Below, piece after piece: positions 6,775 to 17,500 of a stretch of 43,663 bases of DNA. The stretch is from Candidatus Hecatellales archaeon B24. Lineage in GTDB: Archaea; Thermoproteota; Bathyarchaeia; Hecatellales; Hecatellaceae. The notes under the pieces are model-generated. The model searched no databases, had not been told where the DNA came from, and saw only the letters and a list, made by a program, of their open reading frames with translations. Positions within the stretch are counted from its first letter, which is position 1. Every line of letters starts with the position of its first letter. Both the position numbers and the translations under genes were made by a program. The stretch is taken from positions 1-43,663 of the forward strand of contig LUCC01000001.1 of the NCBI GenBank assembly GCA_001593855.1, written 5' to 3'.

Positions 6775-6883
6775 CGTGCTAAAACCTTAAATTTCCAATT
6801 GAAGTAAAGGTATAAAAGGCGTTTTCCTAACATCATAAATAATTATCTTGCTTGCAGCGTTGTACGACCGTAAGGTGGAAAGC

Positions 6884-7432
6884 ATGATTGAAGTTCGATG
6901 GCATGGGCGTGGAGGACAGGGAGCCGTAACCGCGGCGGAAATCCTCGCCCACGCAGCCATAAGAGAAGGAAAATACGCGCAGGCATTTCCATCCTTCGGA
7001 CCTGAAAGACGTGGGGCTCCTGTGCTTGCCTTCAACAGGTTTGACGACAAGCCTATCTGGGTTCGCTCCGACGTCTACGAGCCCGATGTCGTAGCAGTCT
7101 TAGACCCAAGCCTATTGGCGGCTGTCAACGTTCTAGGCGGGCTTAAACCTGACGGGGTAGTCGTAATAAATGCTAGGGAGACCCTAAGCGAAATTAAGGC
7201 TCACCTAGGCTTCCAAGGGAAAACCGCCCTGATCAACGCGACAGACATCGCCTTAGAAGTGCTTAAAGTTCCCATCGTCAACACGGCGATGGTTGGAGCT
7301 TTCATAAAGGCAACAGGGTTAGTTAAGCTGGACTCGGCGGTTGAAGCGGTAATCGAGAGATTCGGGGGGAAAACTGGAGAGCGTAACGCTGAGGCTGTTA
7401 AGAAAGCCTATGAAGTCACAGTTTTGGGGTGA
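6884..7432 (+). CDS. porG: 2-oxoacid (pyruvate/ketoisovalerate):ferredoxin oxidoreductase, gamma subunit
   Basis: MIEVRWHGRGGQGAVTAAEILA is a typical gamma-subunit N-terminus. I trimmed the track ORF (6848) to the ATG at 6884, which is preceded by AAGGTGGA. First gene of a tightly overlapping four-gene set. Confidence 0.85.
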   Translation: MIEVRWHGRGGQGAVTAAEILAHAAIREGKYAQAFPSFGPERRGAPVLAFNRFDDKPIWVRSDVYEPDVVAVLDPSLLAAVNVLGGLKPDGVVVINARETLSEIKAHLGFQGKTALINATDIALEVLKVPIVNTAMVGAFIKATGLVKLDSAVEAVIERFGGKTGERNAEAVKKAYEVTVLG

Positions 7433-7770
7433 AAGGTTTGGGTGAGGCTAAGTCTGAAGTGGAAGAGAAACGTGAAAGATTGGAGGCGCCGCTTAGGGAC
7501 GGCTGGAGAAAGCTGCCGCACTCCCTCCTAATCTTCGAACCTGCCACCTCCCTATACTACTATACCGGGGATTGGAGAACCTTCAAGCCTGTCAGAGACC
7601 GGAGCAAGTGTATCGCCTGCCTCCTATGCTGGGTTTACTGTCCTGAAGGCTGCATCTACATTGCCAGCGACGGAGGAATCGACGTAGACCTCAACTACTG
7701 TAAGGGCTGCGGAATATGCGCGAAGGAGTGCCCGCTGGGAGCTATAACCATGGTGGAGGAGGAGAAGTAG
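7429..7770 (+). CDS. porD: 2-oxoacid:ferredoxin oxidoreductase, delta subunit (2x[4Fe-4S] ferredoxin-like)
   Basis: 113 aa with CIACLLCWVYCPEGC and CKGCGICAKECP cluster motifs. The GTG start overlaps the porG stop (GTGA). Confidence 0.85.
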   Translation: MKGLGEAKSEVEEKRERLEAPLRDGWRKLPHSLLIFEPATSLYYYTGDWRTFKPVRDRSKCIACLLCWVYCPEGCIYIASDGGIDVDLNYCKGCGICAKECPLGAITMVEEEK

Positions 7771-7772
7771 AG

Positions 7773-8948
7773 ATGGCTAGAAGAATCGCTGTGGAAGATT
7801 CCCATGCCGTCGCCCTCGCCGCAAAGATGGCCAACGTCGATGTGATTGCAGCCTACCCGATCACGCCTCAAACCCACATCGTTGAAGAGCTGTCAAGAAT
7901 GGTTTCGGATGGAGAATTCGACGCGGAATACATCAACGTTGAATCAGAGCATTCGGCCATAAGCGCCTGCATCGGGGCTTCAGCCGTCGGCGCCCGCTGC
8001 TTCACGGCTACAGCCGGGCAGGGCCTAGCCCTCATGCATGAAATCCTTTTCATAGCGGCAGGGAACAGGTTTCCCATAGTTATGGCTATCGCCAACCGCT
8101 GCCTTTCGCCGAACATTAACATTTGGGGAGACCAAAGCGATGTGATGTCGTCAAGGGACTGCGGCTGGATTCAGATTTTCGCCGAGAACGCCCAGGAAAT
8201 CTTCGACCTAATTCTTTCAGCCTTCAAAATATCTGAGGACGACCGGGTTTTGCTTCCTGTAGCCGTAAACTTCGACGGCTTCTACGCAACCCATGTCGTG
8301 GAAAGAATGGACTTACCGGAGGAGGAAGAAGTTCGACGGTTCCTTCCGCCTCACCGAACTGCGAGGTATAAGCTTGACCCTGACCGTCCTTTAACTTTCG
8401 GAGCCATAGGCTTTCCTGCAATCCAGTTCGAGCTTAGACGCCAGTGGGAGGAAGCCCTCTGCAACTCAAAGCAGGTTGTAAAAGAGGTCTGGCAGGAGTT
8501 CGGCAGAATTTTCGGCCGCCACTACGATGTTTTAGAACCCTACCGGATGGAAGACGCTGAAATAGGCTTCATACTCATGGGTGGAAGCAGTGGAACCTGC
8601 AGGGTTGCCGTTGACAGGCTTAGGGAGAGAGGCTTCAAGGCCGGCATGATTAAGCTCAGGCTTTTCAGGCCTTTCCCCAAGGAGGAAATTTTGGAAGCCG
8701 TAAGCAGGCTTAAAACCCTCATAACCGTTGACAAGCACATCTGCCTGGGAGGGTTAGGCGGGCCTCTCTTCAACGATTTACGCTCCCTCTTCTACGGCTT
8801 CCAACGCCGGATTAACGTTGCAGGCTTCATAGCTGGAGTGGGAGGCAGAGACATTAAAGTTGAAGACTTCGAGCACATGTTCGAAAAGGTGGTTAAGGGG
8901 GAAGTTTCCCCTGAAAAACACGTTTTCATAGTTAGAGGTGAAAGCTGA
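7773..8948 (+). CDS. porA: 2-oxoacid:ferredoxin oxidoreductase, alpha subunit
   Basis: The ATG at 7773 lies 2 nt after the porD stop. The N-terminus AVALAAKMANVDVIAAYPITPQT is the conserved alpha-subunit motif. The track ORF start (7716) lies inside porD. Confidence 0.9.
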   Translation: MARRIAVEDSHAVALAAKMANVDVIAAYPITPQTHIVEELSRMVSDGEFDAEYINVESEHSAISACIGASAVGARCFTATAGQGLALMHEILFIAAGNRFPIVMAIANRCLSPNINIWGDQSDVMSSRDCGWIQIFAENAQEIFDLILSAFKISEDDRVLLPVAVNFDGFYATHVVERMDLPEEEEVRRFLPPHRTARYKLDPDRPLTFGAIGFPAIQFELRRQWEEALCNSKQVVKEVWQEFGRIFGRHYDVLEPYRMEDAEIGFILMGGSSGTCRVAVDRLRERGFKAGMIKLRLFRPFPKEEILEAVSRLKTLITVDKHICLGGLGGPLFNDLRSLFYGFQRRINVAGFIAGVGGRDIKVEDFEHMFEKVVKGEVSPEKHVFIVRGES

Positions 8949-9868
8949 TGGCCGTAAGCCAAGAATACTTCAAAACCTTTAGAGACCTCCCACGGGAAGA
9001 CTGGTTTGTCTGCGGACATCGGGCCTGCCAGGGCTGCGGTGAAGCCATAGCGGTAAGGCTGATCCTTAAAGCCCTAGGCCCCAACACCATCGTGGTTTCC
9101 CCAACAGGCTGCCTTGAAATAATCTCCTCACCTTTCCCGTACACTTCCTGGGCAGTTCCATGGATTCACGTAGCCTTCGAAAACGCTGCCGCCGTAGCTT
9201 CAGGAATCGAAGCCGGCCTCAAAGTTCTAGCAAGAAAAGGCCTGCTGGAGAAGCAGAAAACTAACGTGCTGGTTCTGGCCGGAGACGGGGGAACCGTCGA
9301 CATAGGTCTTCAATCCCTTTCAGGCGCCCTTGAACGCGGACACGACTTCCTTTACGTATGCCTTGACAACGAGGCCTACATGAACACCGGTATCCAGCGT
9401 TCAGGAGCCACCCCCTTCATGTGCTGGACCACCACAAGCCAGGTTGGAAGGGTGAAAAGGGGAAACCTAACCTGGAAGAAGAATATGCCAGCTATCGTGG
9501 CAGCCCACCGGGTTCCCTACGTGGCCACCGCAACCGTAGCCTACCCCTTGGACCTAGCAAACAAAGCTAAGCGTGGAATAGAAACGGAAGGTCCAGCCTA
9601 CCTTCACGTTTTAGCTTCCTGCCCAACGGGGTGGAGGCTTCCTCCAGAGCTCTCAGTGGAAATTTCAAGGCTGGCCGTTCAAACAGGCTTCTTCCCCCTC
9701 TACGAAATCGTAGACGGAGAGTTCAGGGTAACCGTTGAAATCCCCAGACGTAAACCCGTAGCCGAATACCTTAAGCCTCAAGGACGCTTCAGGCATTTAA
9801 CCGACGAGGACATAGCTAAAATACAGGAGCAAGTTGATAGAGAATGCGCCAGGCTTGGAATCCCCTAA
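8948..9868 (+). CDS. porB: 2-oxoacid:ferredoxin oxidoreductase, beta subunit (TPP-binding)
   Basis: 306 aa. Cys motif CGHRACQGCG and TPP-binding GDGGTVDIG...N. The ATG overlaps the porA stop by 1 nt (TGATG). Confidence 0.9.
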   Translation: MAVSQEYFKTFRDLPREDWFVCGHRACQGCGEAIAVRLILKALGPNTIVVSPTGCLEIISSPFPYTSWAVPWIHVAFENAAAVASGIEAGLKVLARKGLLEKQKTNVLVLAGDGGTVDIGLQSLSGALERGHDFLYVCLDNEAYMNTGIQRSGATPFMCWTTTSQVGRVKRGNLTWKKNMPAIVAAHRVPYVATATVAYPLDLANKAKRGIETEGPAYLHVLASCPTGWRLPPELSVEISRLAVQTGFFPLYEIVDGEFRVTVEIPRRKPVAEYLKPQGRFRHLTDEDIAKIQEQVDRECARLGIP

Positions 9869-10587
9869 ACTTCCTCCATATTTTCTGGTTTAAACTCTTC
9901 AAAGGCTTCTGTCATCCCGCTTAGAAACTCGTTTAGCAAGCCCTCATCCTGGCTTAGGAAGCCCTTAGTCAGCTTCGCCAGCCCCCTGTAAAGGTCTAAC
10001 CTTGCCTCCTCGAACATGAGGTCGCAGAACCCTGGAATCCACACCTTCAAATGCTGCTTTAAAAAGGAATCCTGCATTCCAATAAGGCTTAAAGCCTTCT
10101 CAAGGTTTCCTTCCCCCCAGGCTGCAGCCTCCTCCCCACAGAGAAACCTCATGAAATCCAGTTCAAAGCCTAAATGGTCTGGAGGCTCCTCAGCACTCTC
10201 AGGAATTTTAACTCCAACCCTGCCGTAAAACAGGGTAACCCCAGCAGCTTCACCGCTTACATGGGCAGACTCGCAGGGAGGTGGCAGCCCGCGTCCTCCA
10301 AGCAGCCTATTCCTTTCGGAAGTAACAGCCTCTAGGGCTTCCTCCAAAGTTCTCTCCCTCCACTCACCAATGAACTTTCTTATCAGTCCTAAGCCCTCGT
10401 TAAGCTCCCCTGTAATGGTCGGCTGGGTTAGGAGGCCTGAAATTATTTCCTCAAACTCCTGGCTGAAGAGTTCCCTTAGAAACTCGCTGTCTGGAGGCCT
10501 AACGTAAAGCTGGCTTAAAAGCCCGTAAAGGCGTCCCCTAGAATTTGCAAGCCCAGAGAAAACCTTCAGGTAGTCCTCAACCTTCAA
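9865..10587 (-). CDS. TorD/DmsD-like cytoplasmic chaperone family protein
   Basis: 240 aa. Layout matches the TorD/NarJ family: RGRLYGLLSQLYVRPP near the N-terminus, a central ERNRLL...PPCESAHV segment, PDHLGFELDFMRFL, then FLKQHLKVWIPGF. Recognised by eye. Confidence 0.55.
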   Translation of the reverse strand: MKVEDYLKVFSGLANSRGRLYGLLSQLYVRPPDSEFLRELFSQEFEEIISGLLTQPTITGELNEGLGLIRKFIGEWRERTLEEALEAVTSERNRLLGGRGLPPPCESAHVSGEAAGVTLFYGRVGVKIPESAEEPPDHLGFELDFMRFLCGEEAAAWGEGNLEKALSLIGMQDSFLKQHLKVWIPGFCDLMFEEARLDLYRGLAKLTKGFLSQDEGLLNEFLSGMTEAFEEFKPENMEEV

Positions 10588-10707
10588 CCTTTCAAACCCT
10601 CTAGGGCTGGGCTTCTAAAACCAATAAGTTTTTCCCCTCCACACCCGGGAAGGCTAACCTTTAAACCTTCCAACGGTAGCCTTACCTTAGAAGGAGGCAC
10701 AGCCAAC

Positions 10708-11541
10708 TTGAGCTTAAACGTAGAACTCCTAAAGGAAATAGCCTCCGAAGTCAGGCACAGGGTTCAACCTCTAATAGGCGTGAAAAAGGCGTGGAGGACG
10801 CTGGGCCGTGGAGCCGGGGGAGACCGAACCAGGCTCATAGACGCCGTAGCTGAAGAAGCGGTTTTCGAGAAGCTTAAGGAGAAGAAGGTTTCCTGCGTGG
10901 TGGTAAGCGAGGAGAAGGGTGCAACGAGAATAGGCGGTGGAGGCGGCGGATACCTTATAGTTGACGCCCTAGACGGGACGAACAACGCCCTCAGGGGGAT
11001 ACCCTTCTGCTGCGTTTCACTTGCCGCCGCTGACAGGCCCAAGCTTTCAGCCGTCCACTCCGCGGTAGTTCAAGACCTCTACCACGGCGAAACCTTCTGG
11101 GCCCTGAAGGGTGGAGGAGCCTTCCTAGAAGGCAAACCGCTGGCTCCCTCGAAAACTGAAAGCTTAAGGGACGCCCTTGTAGGGGTAGATTTAAACCCGC
11201 CCATCCCGGAAGGGAAGGCTGGCAGCCTCCTAAGGCTTCTCAGAGCTGCCAAGCACAGCCGGCATTTCGGAGCTAACGCCTTGGAACTGTGCTACGTGGC
11301 TTCAGGCCGTCTAGACGCCTTCGTCGAGGTTAGAGACAGGATGAGGGTTACAGACCTGGCAGCCTCCCAGCTGATAATACAGGAGGCAGGAGGCCTGATA
11401 ACCAACGAAGCTGGAGGACGCTTGGACGCTCCGGCGAGCACACCCCGGTTTAGATTGTCCTTCCTAGCGGCGGGGAACAAAAACCTGTTAAACCGAATAG
11501 TTTCAATTCTCCACGGCGGCTCTTTAAGGCTTAATCCTTGA
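10708..11541 (+). CDS. suhB: Inositol monophosphatase / fructose-1,6-bisphosphatase family protein
   Basis: 277 aa. VVSEE metal-site motif, [10 protein letters not shown] (the DPxDGT-type motif), and a C-terminal GNK-type segment. Confidence 0.8.
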   Translation: MSLNVELLKEIASEVRHRVQPLIGVKKAWRTLGRGAGGDRTRLIDAVAEEAVFEKLKEKKVSCVVVSEEKGATRIGGGGGGYLIVDALDGTNNALRGIPFCCVSLAAADRPKLSAVHSAVVQDLYHGETFWALKGGGAFLEGKPLAPSKTESLRDALVGVDLNPPIPEGKAGSLLRLLRAAKHSRHFGANALELCYVASGRLDAFVEVRDRMRVTDLAASQLIIQEAGGLITNEAGGRLDAPASTPRFRLSFLAAGNKNLLNRIVSILHGGSLRLNP

Positions 11542-11812
11542 TGTTTTCGAGAACGCTTACCACATTCCAAACACGGGTTCTAGTGTAAGGAGGCATGTTA
11601 GGGTCCTGGGAGATCTCATCTAGAATGCCTATGGCGTTGGCCGCCCTAACCGCATGGCTTAAGCTTTGATCCTGAAGTGAGTCCATGGCGTTTTTAGCCG
11701 CCCTCCTAATGTTCCTAGGGGTTGTAGTGTCCTCCGATATGGCTTGAAGGATTTCCATGGCTTGAGCTATGTTCCGCTCGTACTCTTCAATCTTCCGCTT
11801 ACGCCTGGACAC
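11531..11812 (-). CDS. UPF0147-family small conserved archaeal protein
   Basis: 93 aa with [14 protein letters not shown]...[35 protein letters not shown], which matches my memory of the UPF0147 consensus. Confidence 0.65.
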   Translation of the reverse strand: MSRRKRKIEEYERNIAQAMEILQAISEDTTTPRNIRRAAKNAMDSLQDQSLSHAVRAANAIGILDEISQDPNMPPYTRTRVWNVVSVLENIKD

Positions 11813-11904
11813 GGGTTAAACCTCCCCTATAATCTTGAAAACACGTAATGCCAATAGTGTTCACCACCCTTAAATATTTTAAAATTTACCCTTGAAAGGT
11901 AAAC

Positions 11905-12312
11905 GTGAAACCAGCATGCTTTAAAGCGTCCTCAGCGAAGGTTTATTTGAGGCTGAAAAGTTTGGGTGAAGACCTGAAGCGTATGGCTGAACTGCTCAAG
12001 ACCGGAGCCTCCATGTTGGAGGAGGCGTGCCCCCAATGCGGTTCCCCCCTCTTCAAGCTTACCTCCGGCGAAGTTTACTGTGCCAAATGCGACAGAAAGG
12101 TTCTAATAGTTAAGTCCGACGAGGAGGTGCCCTCAGCCTTAACTCCTATGGCGCTTTCAACCCTGGAGGAAACCTTAACCGTGAACCTTCAAAGACTTGA
12201 AAAGGCTGTTAGAGCTGAAACCAGCCCAGAAGCCCTGGAAGGCCTCCTGAAACTCGTAAACTCACATTTAGAGGCCCTAGAAAGAATCAGGCGTATAAGA
12301 AGGCAGAGCTAG
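11905..12312 (+). CDS. UPF0148 / Sjogren-scleroderma autoantigen-1-like zinc-ribbon protein
   Basis: MAELLKTGASMLEEACPQCGSPLFKLTSGEVYCAKCD is the characteristic N-terminal Zn-ribbon of this family. The true start may be the internal ATG at 11983. Confidence 0.6.
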   Translation: MKPACFKASSAKVYLRLKSLGEDLKRMAELLKTGASMLEEACPQCGSPLFKLTSGEVYCAKCDRKVLIVKSDEEVPSALTPMALSTLEETLTVNLQRLEKAVRAETSPEALEGLLKLVNSHLEALERIRRIRRQS

Positions 12313-14546
12313 TCTTCCTCTACGTAGCCAGCTTCAATCACCCTTCTAATTCTTTCAGCAAGCTTTTCTCCTACACCCTTAACCCTTGTAAGCTCCTTCC
12401 TGTCAGCCTTAAAGACTCCTTCAACAGAACCGAACTCCTTCAGAAGCCTCCTAGCAAGGGTTCGCTCGACACCTGGAAGCCCGGCGACAATGTACTCTTG
12501 AATTTCTCGGAGGGTTGGAGGCTTTCCCTCCCTTAAGGCGGGGTAAGCCTTCCCGGCAGCCTGCTCTCTTCTGGCCAAAAGAAGGATTACCCTGGCAGCG
12601 TCAGCAGGGTTTCTCACCCATATCACCGGGAGCTTGAAGTCGTAGAGGAGGCTTAGCATGGCGCCCAGTAAGGCTTGCGGCTGAACTCCCGCAGAGGCTT
12701 CTTCCCCCTCAACCAGCAGGAGGGCTCTGGGATACGTGGAAACAAGGCTTCGAGCCTGGCTGAAAAGCCTTCCATCCATGAGGCTTCGGGCGAAATCCTC
12801 CATCCGCTTACGTTCCACAGCCAGGTCTTGGGAGACCACGTAGTCGGCAACCTGGAGGCTTCTAAGCTCGATGCTGACTCCCAACCTTAGAAGCTCTCTG
12901 ACCACTTGGCTTCCCCCCTCACGATAGTCTACCAGCACCTTCAACTCCTCTCCTCCACCTGCCCTTCCAGTTTCAAGATAGAAATGGATGGTTTCCTGTT
13001 TAGGCTGAACGGCTTCCTCACGTTGAAGTTCGGTTATAGTCTTTCTCATCGCTTTCTCCCTGTGAACTCCAGCCCAGTAGTAGGCTTCGTCGCTGGTTCC
13101 CTCAGCCATGAAAATTACAACCTTGCCAGGCTGCCTCCTGCCAACTCTGCCCCGGCGCTGAACAAATCTAACCGCACTGGGGACATTATCATAGAAGACC
13201 ACCACGTCGGAAGCGGAGATGTCCAAGCCTTCCTCACCCACCTGGGTTGCCACCAGCACGTTGTAGACACCTTCTTTAAAGGCTTCTAAGGCTTCAACCT
13301 GCCTCCGCTGGCTTAACCCTTTATCCTCGCCTCTGCTGGCATGTCCCACAAGCCTTACCGCCCTAACGCCTTCAACGCCTTCAAGCTCTTCTTCGAGAAG
13401 CTTAGCGGTACTCCTGTAATTGGTGAAAACGATTATTCTCCTCGCACCTTCGGCTAGGAGGCTTCTTAAAACGCTGGGAAGCTTTTCAAGCTTAGGATGC
13501 TTAACCCCCCGGCTTAACCCTATAAGGGCAAAGTTTACAGCCTCAACGATTCTCCCATCGGAGAAAAGCATTTTAAGGCTTGTAGGAGGCCTACGGGAGG
13601 AAGCCTTATCCTTCAGCCTGGAAAAATATTCGTTGAAGGCTTCTAAGCCCTGCCCTTCCACTAGGGCTAAGCCCTGCCTAACCCTTTTAGCGTTTAAAGC
13701 TTCGCAGAGCAGCCTTAAGGCTTCCACGTTTCTCCCTTCAGCCGCCAGCATCCTTCTAAGCTGGCTTTCAGCTTCGGTTAGGGCTTTATAGCTTACCCTG
13801 CCTCCTCCCGGCAGGAGTTTACGCTCTTCAAGAAGCTTAATCTTCTCTTCCAAGTATTCCTTCAGGAGCAGTCTGACCTGCTTAAGGGCTCCTTCAAGCT
13901 TAACTTTAACCCATTCAACCTTCATCGCTTTAACGTAGGGTCTAACGTCCGGGCTTAGGTCTGTCCGCGCCTCCACGAATCTTATGGACAGGTTGCGTTT
14001 AACCTCTTCAATTTGCTCCCTAGTTGAGCCGGGGGAGGCTGTCAGGGCTAGGATAAGCGGGCTGCTGGAACGTTTAACGTACTGCTCGGCTAGGAAAACG
14101 TAGGAGTGGTTTCCAACAGCCCTATGCGCCTCGTCGAAAACCATTAAAACCACGTCTTCAAGCCTGAATCTTCCGGCTAGAACATCGTTTTCCATGGCTT
14201 GAGGCGTGGTGAAAACAATTTTGGCTTGGAGTTTTTCCCGCTTCTCCGGCGGGGTTTCACCTGTGAGGAGGGTGAAGTCTTCGGCTGGAAGCTTTAAGGT
14301 TTCCATGAAGTTTCTGTGGTGCTGGTGGGTTAGAGGCCTCGTAGGAGCTAGAACTACCACTTTTCCCTCCGGGTTTGCCTTAAGCCTTTCAGCGGCAGCC
14401 AGCATGGCTATAACGGTTTTACCCAGCCCCGTAGGCAAAACCACTAAGGTGTTCCCTTTAAGGCAGGTGGCAAGGATTTTCGCCTGGTAGAGGCGGAACT
14501 CTAAGGTTTCAGGCTTGACAAGCGGATGGGTGAAATACTGAGGCAT
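12309..14546 (-). CDS. hef: Hef: fork-structure helicase fused to an ERCC4/XPF-type nuclease (FANCM/XPF homologue)
   Basis: 745 aa. Helicase motifs PTGLGKT and DEAH, with SF2 C-terminal motifs. ERCC4 nuclease signature VADYVV...AVERKRMEDF and a terminal (HhH)2 (LPGVERTLARRLL...VKGVGEKLAERI). Confidence 0.9.
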   Translation of the reverse strand: MPQYFTHPLVKPETLEFRLYQAKILATCLKGNTLVVLPTGLGKTVIAMLAAAERLKANPEGKVVVLAPTRPLTHQHHRNFMETLKLPAEDFTLLTGETPPEKREKLQAKIVFTTPQAMENDVLAGRFRLEDVVLMVFDEAHRAVGNHSYVFLAEQYVKRSSSPLILALTASPGSTREQIEEVKRNLSIRFVEARTDLSPDVRPYVKAMKVEWVKVKLEGALKQVRLLLKEYLEEKIKLLEERKLLPGGGRVSYKALTEAESQLRRMLAAEGRNVEALRLLCEALNAKRVRQGLALVEGQGLEAFNEYFSRLKDKASSRRPPTSLKMLFSDGRIVEAVNFALIGLSRGVKHPKLEKLPSVLRSLLAEGARRIIVFTNYRSTAKLLEEELEGVEGVRAVRLVGHASRGEDKGLSQRRQVEALEAFKEGVYNVLVATQVGEEGLDISASDVVVFYDNVPSAVRFVQRRGRVGRRQPGKVVIFMAEGTSDEAYYWAGVHREKAMRKTITELQREEAVQPKQETIHFYLETGRAGGGEELKVLVDYREGGSQVVRELLRLGVSIELRSLQVADYVVSQDLAVERKRMEDFARSLMDGRLFSQARSLVSTYPRALLLVEGEEASAGVQPQALLGAMLSLLYDFKLPVIWVRNPADAARVILLLARREQAAGKAYPALREGKPPTLREIQEYIVAGLPGVERTLARRLLKEFGSVEGVFKADRKELTRVKGVGEKLAERIRRVIEAGYVEED

Positions 14547-14571
14547 GCTTCCAGCCTTACCATGATGAGGC

Positions 14572-17500
14572 CTATAGGAAGTCCGTTAGCTGGGCGGGCT
14601 TCCTTTTCTCCTCTCCTTCAGCCGAGAAGACGGCTCCTATTTCACTTTCCACGAGGATAACCCGCTGCTTGTAGTAGTCTTCTATCCCGTAGGCTTCAGC
14701 CAGCCACCTGGCAATTTTCAGATATTTCTCTACGGAGCCGCGGTAAACCGTTAAAGCCAGCTCGCCTCCGCAGCGGGGGCACCTTCCAACCAAAGGTATA
14801 CGCCTGAACCTCGCGTTGCAGCGTTTACAGCGGAAGGCTTGGGAGGCGAAAACCTTAAGGTTGCCTATGATGTCCCTCATGAGGTGGACGCCTAGAACCC
14901 GTTTGGCTACTTCCCTCACTTCGACACCTTCAATTTTACCCATAAGCTCCATCTGGCTTCTAAGCTTTTCAGCCATGGTTTTAAGCCTTTTATACGTGTT
15001 CTCCCTGACACCCTCGTTAATGTTTGAAACCTCGTGGGCGTACCTGTAGCCCTCATACTGGTCAGGCCTCCCCAGCCGCTGCATAACCATGCTTACCAGC
15101 GAAGCTACATGCTTAGGAGGAGGCTCCTCAAGGCTTCTAAGGTAAAACTCTAAGGGGTATCGGGCTGAAAGGTCTAAGCTCCAAACCTGGTCGTCTACTT
15201 CCAGCGGGTTTACCACGGGCTGAAGCAGCATAGGCGAGTCCATTAACCCTCCAATCTGGGCTGGAAGATACTGGCGGGAGAAGTTTAAGAGCACGTCTAA
15301 GGCAAGCATTACGGAGTCTTCATCGCCGTCGCAGTCCCTCCGCTTAGCTGAAATCCACAGAGGATGCGAATAGCATACGTTATGTTTGGTGAAGCCTATG
15401 ATGCGGCCTAAAACCCCGCATAGGGTGTGAGGTGAAAGCCCTACAATCAGGTGGCCTACCAGGTCTTCTCTCCCTGCAATCCTGTAAAACCTTGGAAGCC
15501 TGTAGAATCTTTCAAGCAGCTCGTCTAGGAAGCCTGCAACCTTAACCAGGAACTCCGCACACTTCTCAGAGACTACGACGTCCTGGACTTTAAGCTCGCA
15601 GGTTTGCTCCGGGCTTTCCAAGGGCTTTCCATCCATGTCAACGGTGTATCCCAGCTCTCTAAGCTTTTCCACGGAAACCCCTATCTCGGAAGGCTTGAAA
15701 TGGGTTAGAGGAGCATTGGTAGAGTCAAACCTTACAGTTCCATCCTTGAAAACGGTTAAGCCGAACTTGGCTCTTAGAATACCTTTTTCAACGGGTTCAG
15801 GAATCTTCGCCTCGTTCATTAAGCCTTTAACTCCCTTCACGGTCTCCGGAATGGATAGGCCAAGCCTCTTAGAAGCTCTTTCAAGCAGGCTTCCAAGGTT
15901 TACAGGCTGCCTGGCGTAGGCTGCAGCTTCAACCCCGCATTTAGGGCAGGTGGAAGCTTCAAGAGGCCTTAAACATTTCGGGCAGACCTTGACGGGAAGG
16001 GTTCTGCCTCCGCAGAGGGAGCATTGAGCGTCGAAGGTTTCAACCCCGCAGCCCGGGCATTTCCGCTTTGCAATTTCAACTTCAACAGGTTTTCCAGCGG
16101 CTTCCACCAAGTTACGCTGGAGACCTCCTGCAAGCCCTACGGGGAACAGCACGTTGACAGGAGGCCTCATACGCCTCTCCTTAGCCTTCTCAGGTCTTCC
16201 CATCCTTACGCCTACAAACCTCGCATACTTGTCTTTAACTTCGAAGCCTGCTAGGAGGCTTACAAGCTTTAGGGGGGTCTGGCCTCCATCTGCAATAGGC
16301 TCAGCTTCAACCCTCCCAATTCCAAGGCAGTAGGCCAGTGGGGCTGCATCCTGGCTTCCAATCAGAATTTTCCCGTGACCTACTAGGTGGGGAACGAGAA
16401 GTCTTTCCAGAAGGCTTTTCACCTGGCTGTTTTCCTGAAGGGTTATAGACTGGGCGAACCCGTCTGCCCATTCAATCCTTGCCTGAGCTATAAGCCCTCG
16501 AAGAACCAGGATTTCCTCTACCGTAAGGTTTCTCCAGAAGTAGGTGTAGGCCGGGTGGAGGGAAACCTTAAGGCTGGCTGAAAGCTTCAGGGCTTCCTCA
16601 GCGGTAGGCTGAAAGCTTAGAGGCTTCTCAAGGAAGGCTTCAAGCCTTCCACGGTTCACCCCTGCCCTCCTAGAAGCTTCCTCCAAGGATTCTCCGCAGG
16701 CTTCCTGAACGGCTTTGCCGAGTTCCCAAGCCCACCATTCCTCTACGAAGCTTGAAGGCACCAACGGCTTATCGTTTTCGTAGAACTCAGCGTAGGAGAC
16801 GAGGAGGTCGCCTAGGAAGAGGATTTTCCCTATTTCACCTTGAACCTTTAAGGCTTCTCCAGGGCTTCTAACCCTGATAACGCTGCCTGACTTAAGTTTT
16901 ACAATGGGAGGCTCGATGGTTTCAACAGCTCCAACGATTCCTCCTTTACCTGGAAGCTCCAGTTTAAGCTGGGTTCCAACGGCTATGAAGCCTTCTAGGA
17001 TGGCCATGGTTGCAGGGTGCACGCCTACGCTGGTAAGCCCTGTGTTCCGGGCACGCCCATACCTAAGCCTGAACCTACCCTCATACTTGGGGGCGGGAAA
17101 GGAGAAAACAGGCCTTCCGGCGATAATATCTTGGAGGTATCCGGCTTCATCTTCCTCAGCCTTCCCGGCAACCACGTTTTTAAGCCAGTCCCAGCCTGGA
17201 AGATTCAGGTCTTTAACAGCTTTCCAAACCTTGGAGGCTCTCCCAGCAATACCGTCGTTTACAACCCTGAGGGCTCCTCCTCGAAGCCCGTTGGTTTCCA
17301 CGCTTGGAATATCCCGGAAGGTTGAAACCTCTGTGGGGTCCGTCTTTATCCCGGTAACTTCGACGGGAAGGTTGCGGAGCACGTACTCCAGGTTTTCATC
17401 GCTTATATGATATTGGAAGCGTCCAACCTCCCGTTCGTAGAGGCGGAGTTCCTCCAAGAAGCGTCCAACCTCATCGTCGCCAGCCCTCCAAGCCTCAAGC

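Noticed and set aside
9654-9663. CAGTGGAAAT, identical to the ORB1 core, inside porB
   Set aside because: There is no adjacent G-string and no AT-rich context, and it lies within a well-supported coding frame. It is probably a chance 10-mer match.
14562-14568. ATGATGA, a C-box-like heptamer, in the hef-polC spacer as a possible C/D box sRNA
   Set aside because: The spacer is only 25 nt (14547-14571). There is no D box (CUGA) or guide-length spacing, so it cannot hold an sRNA.
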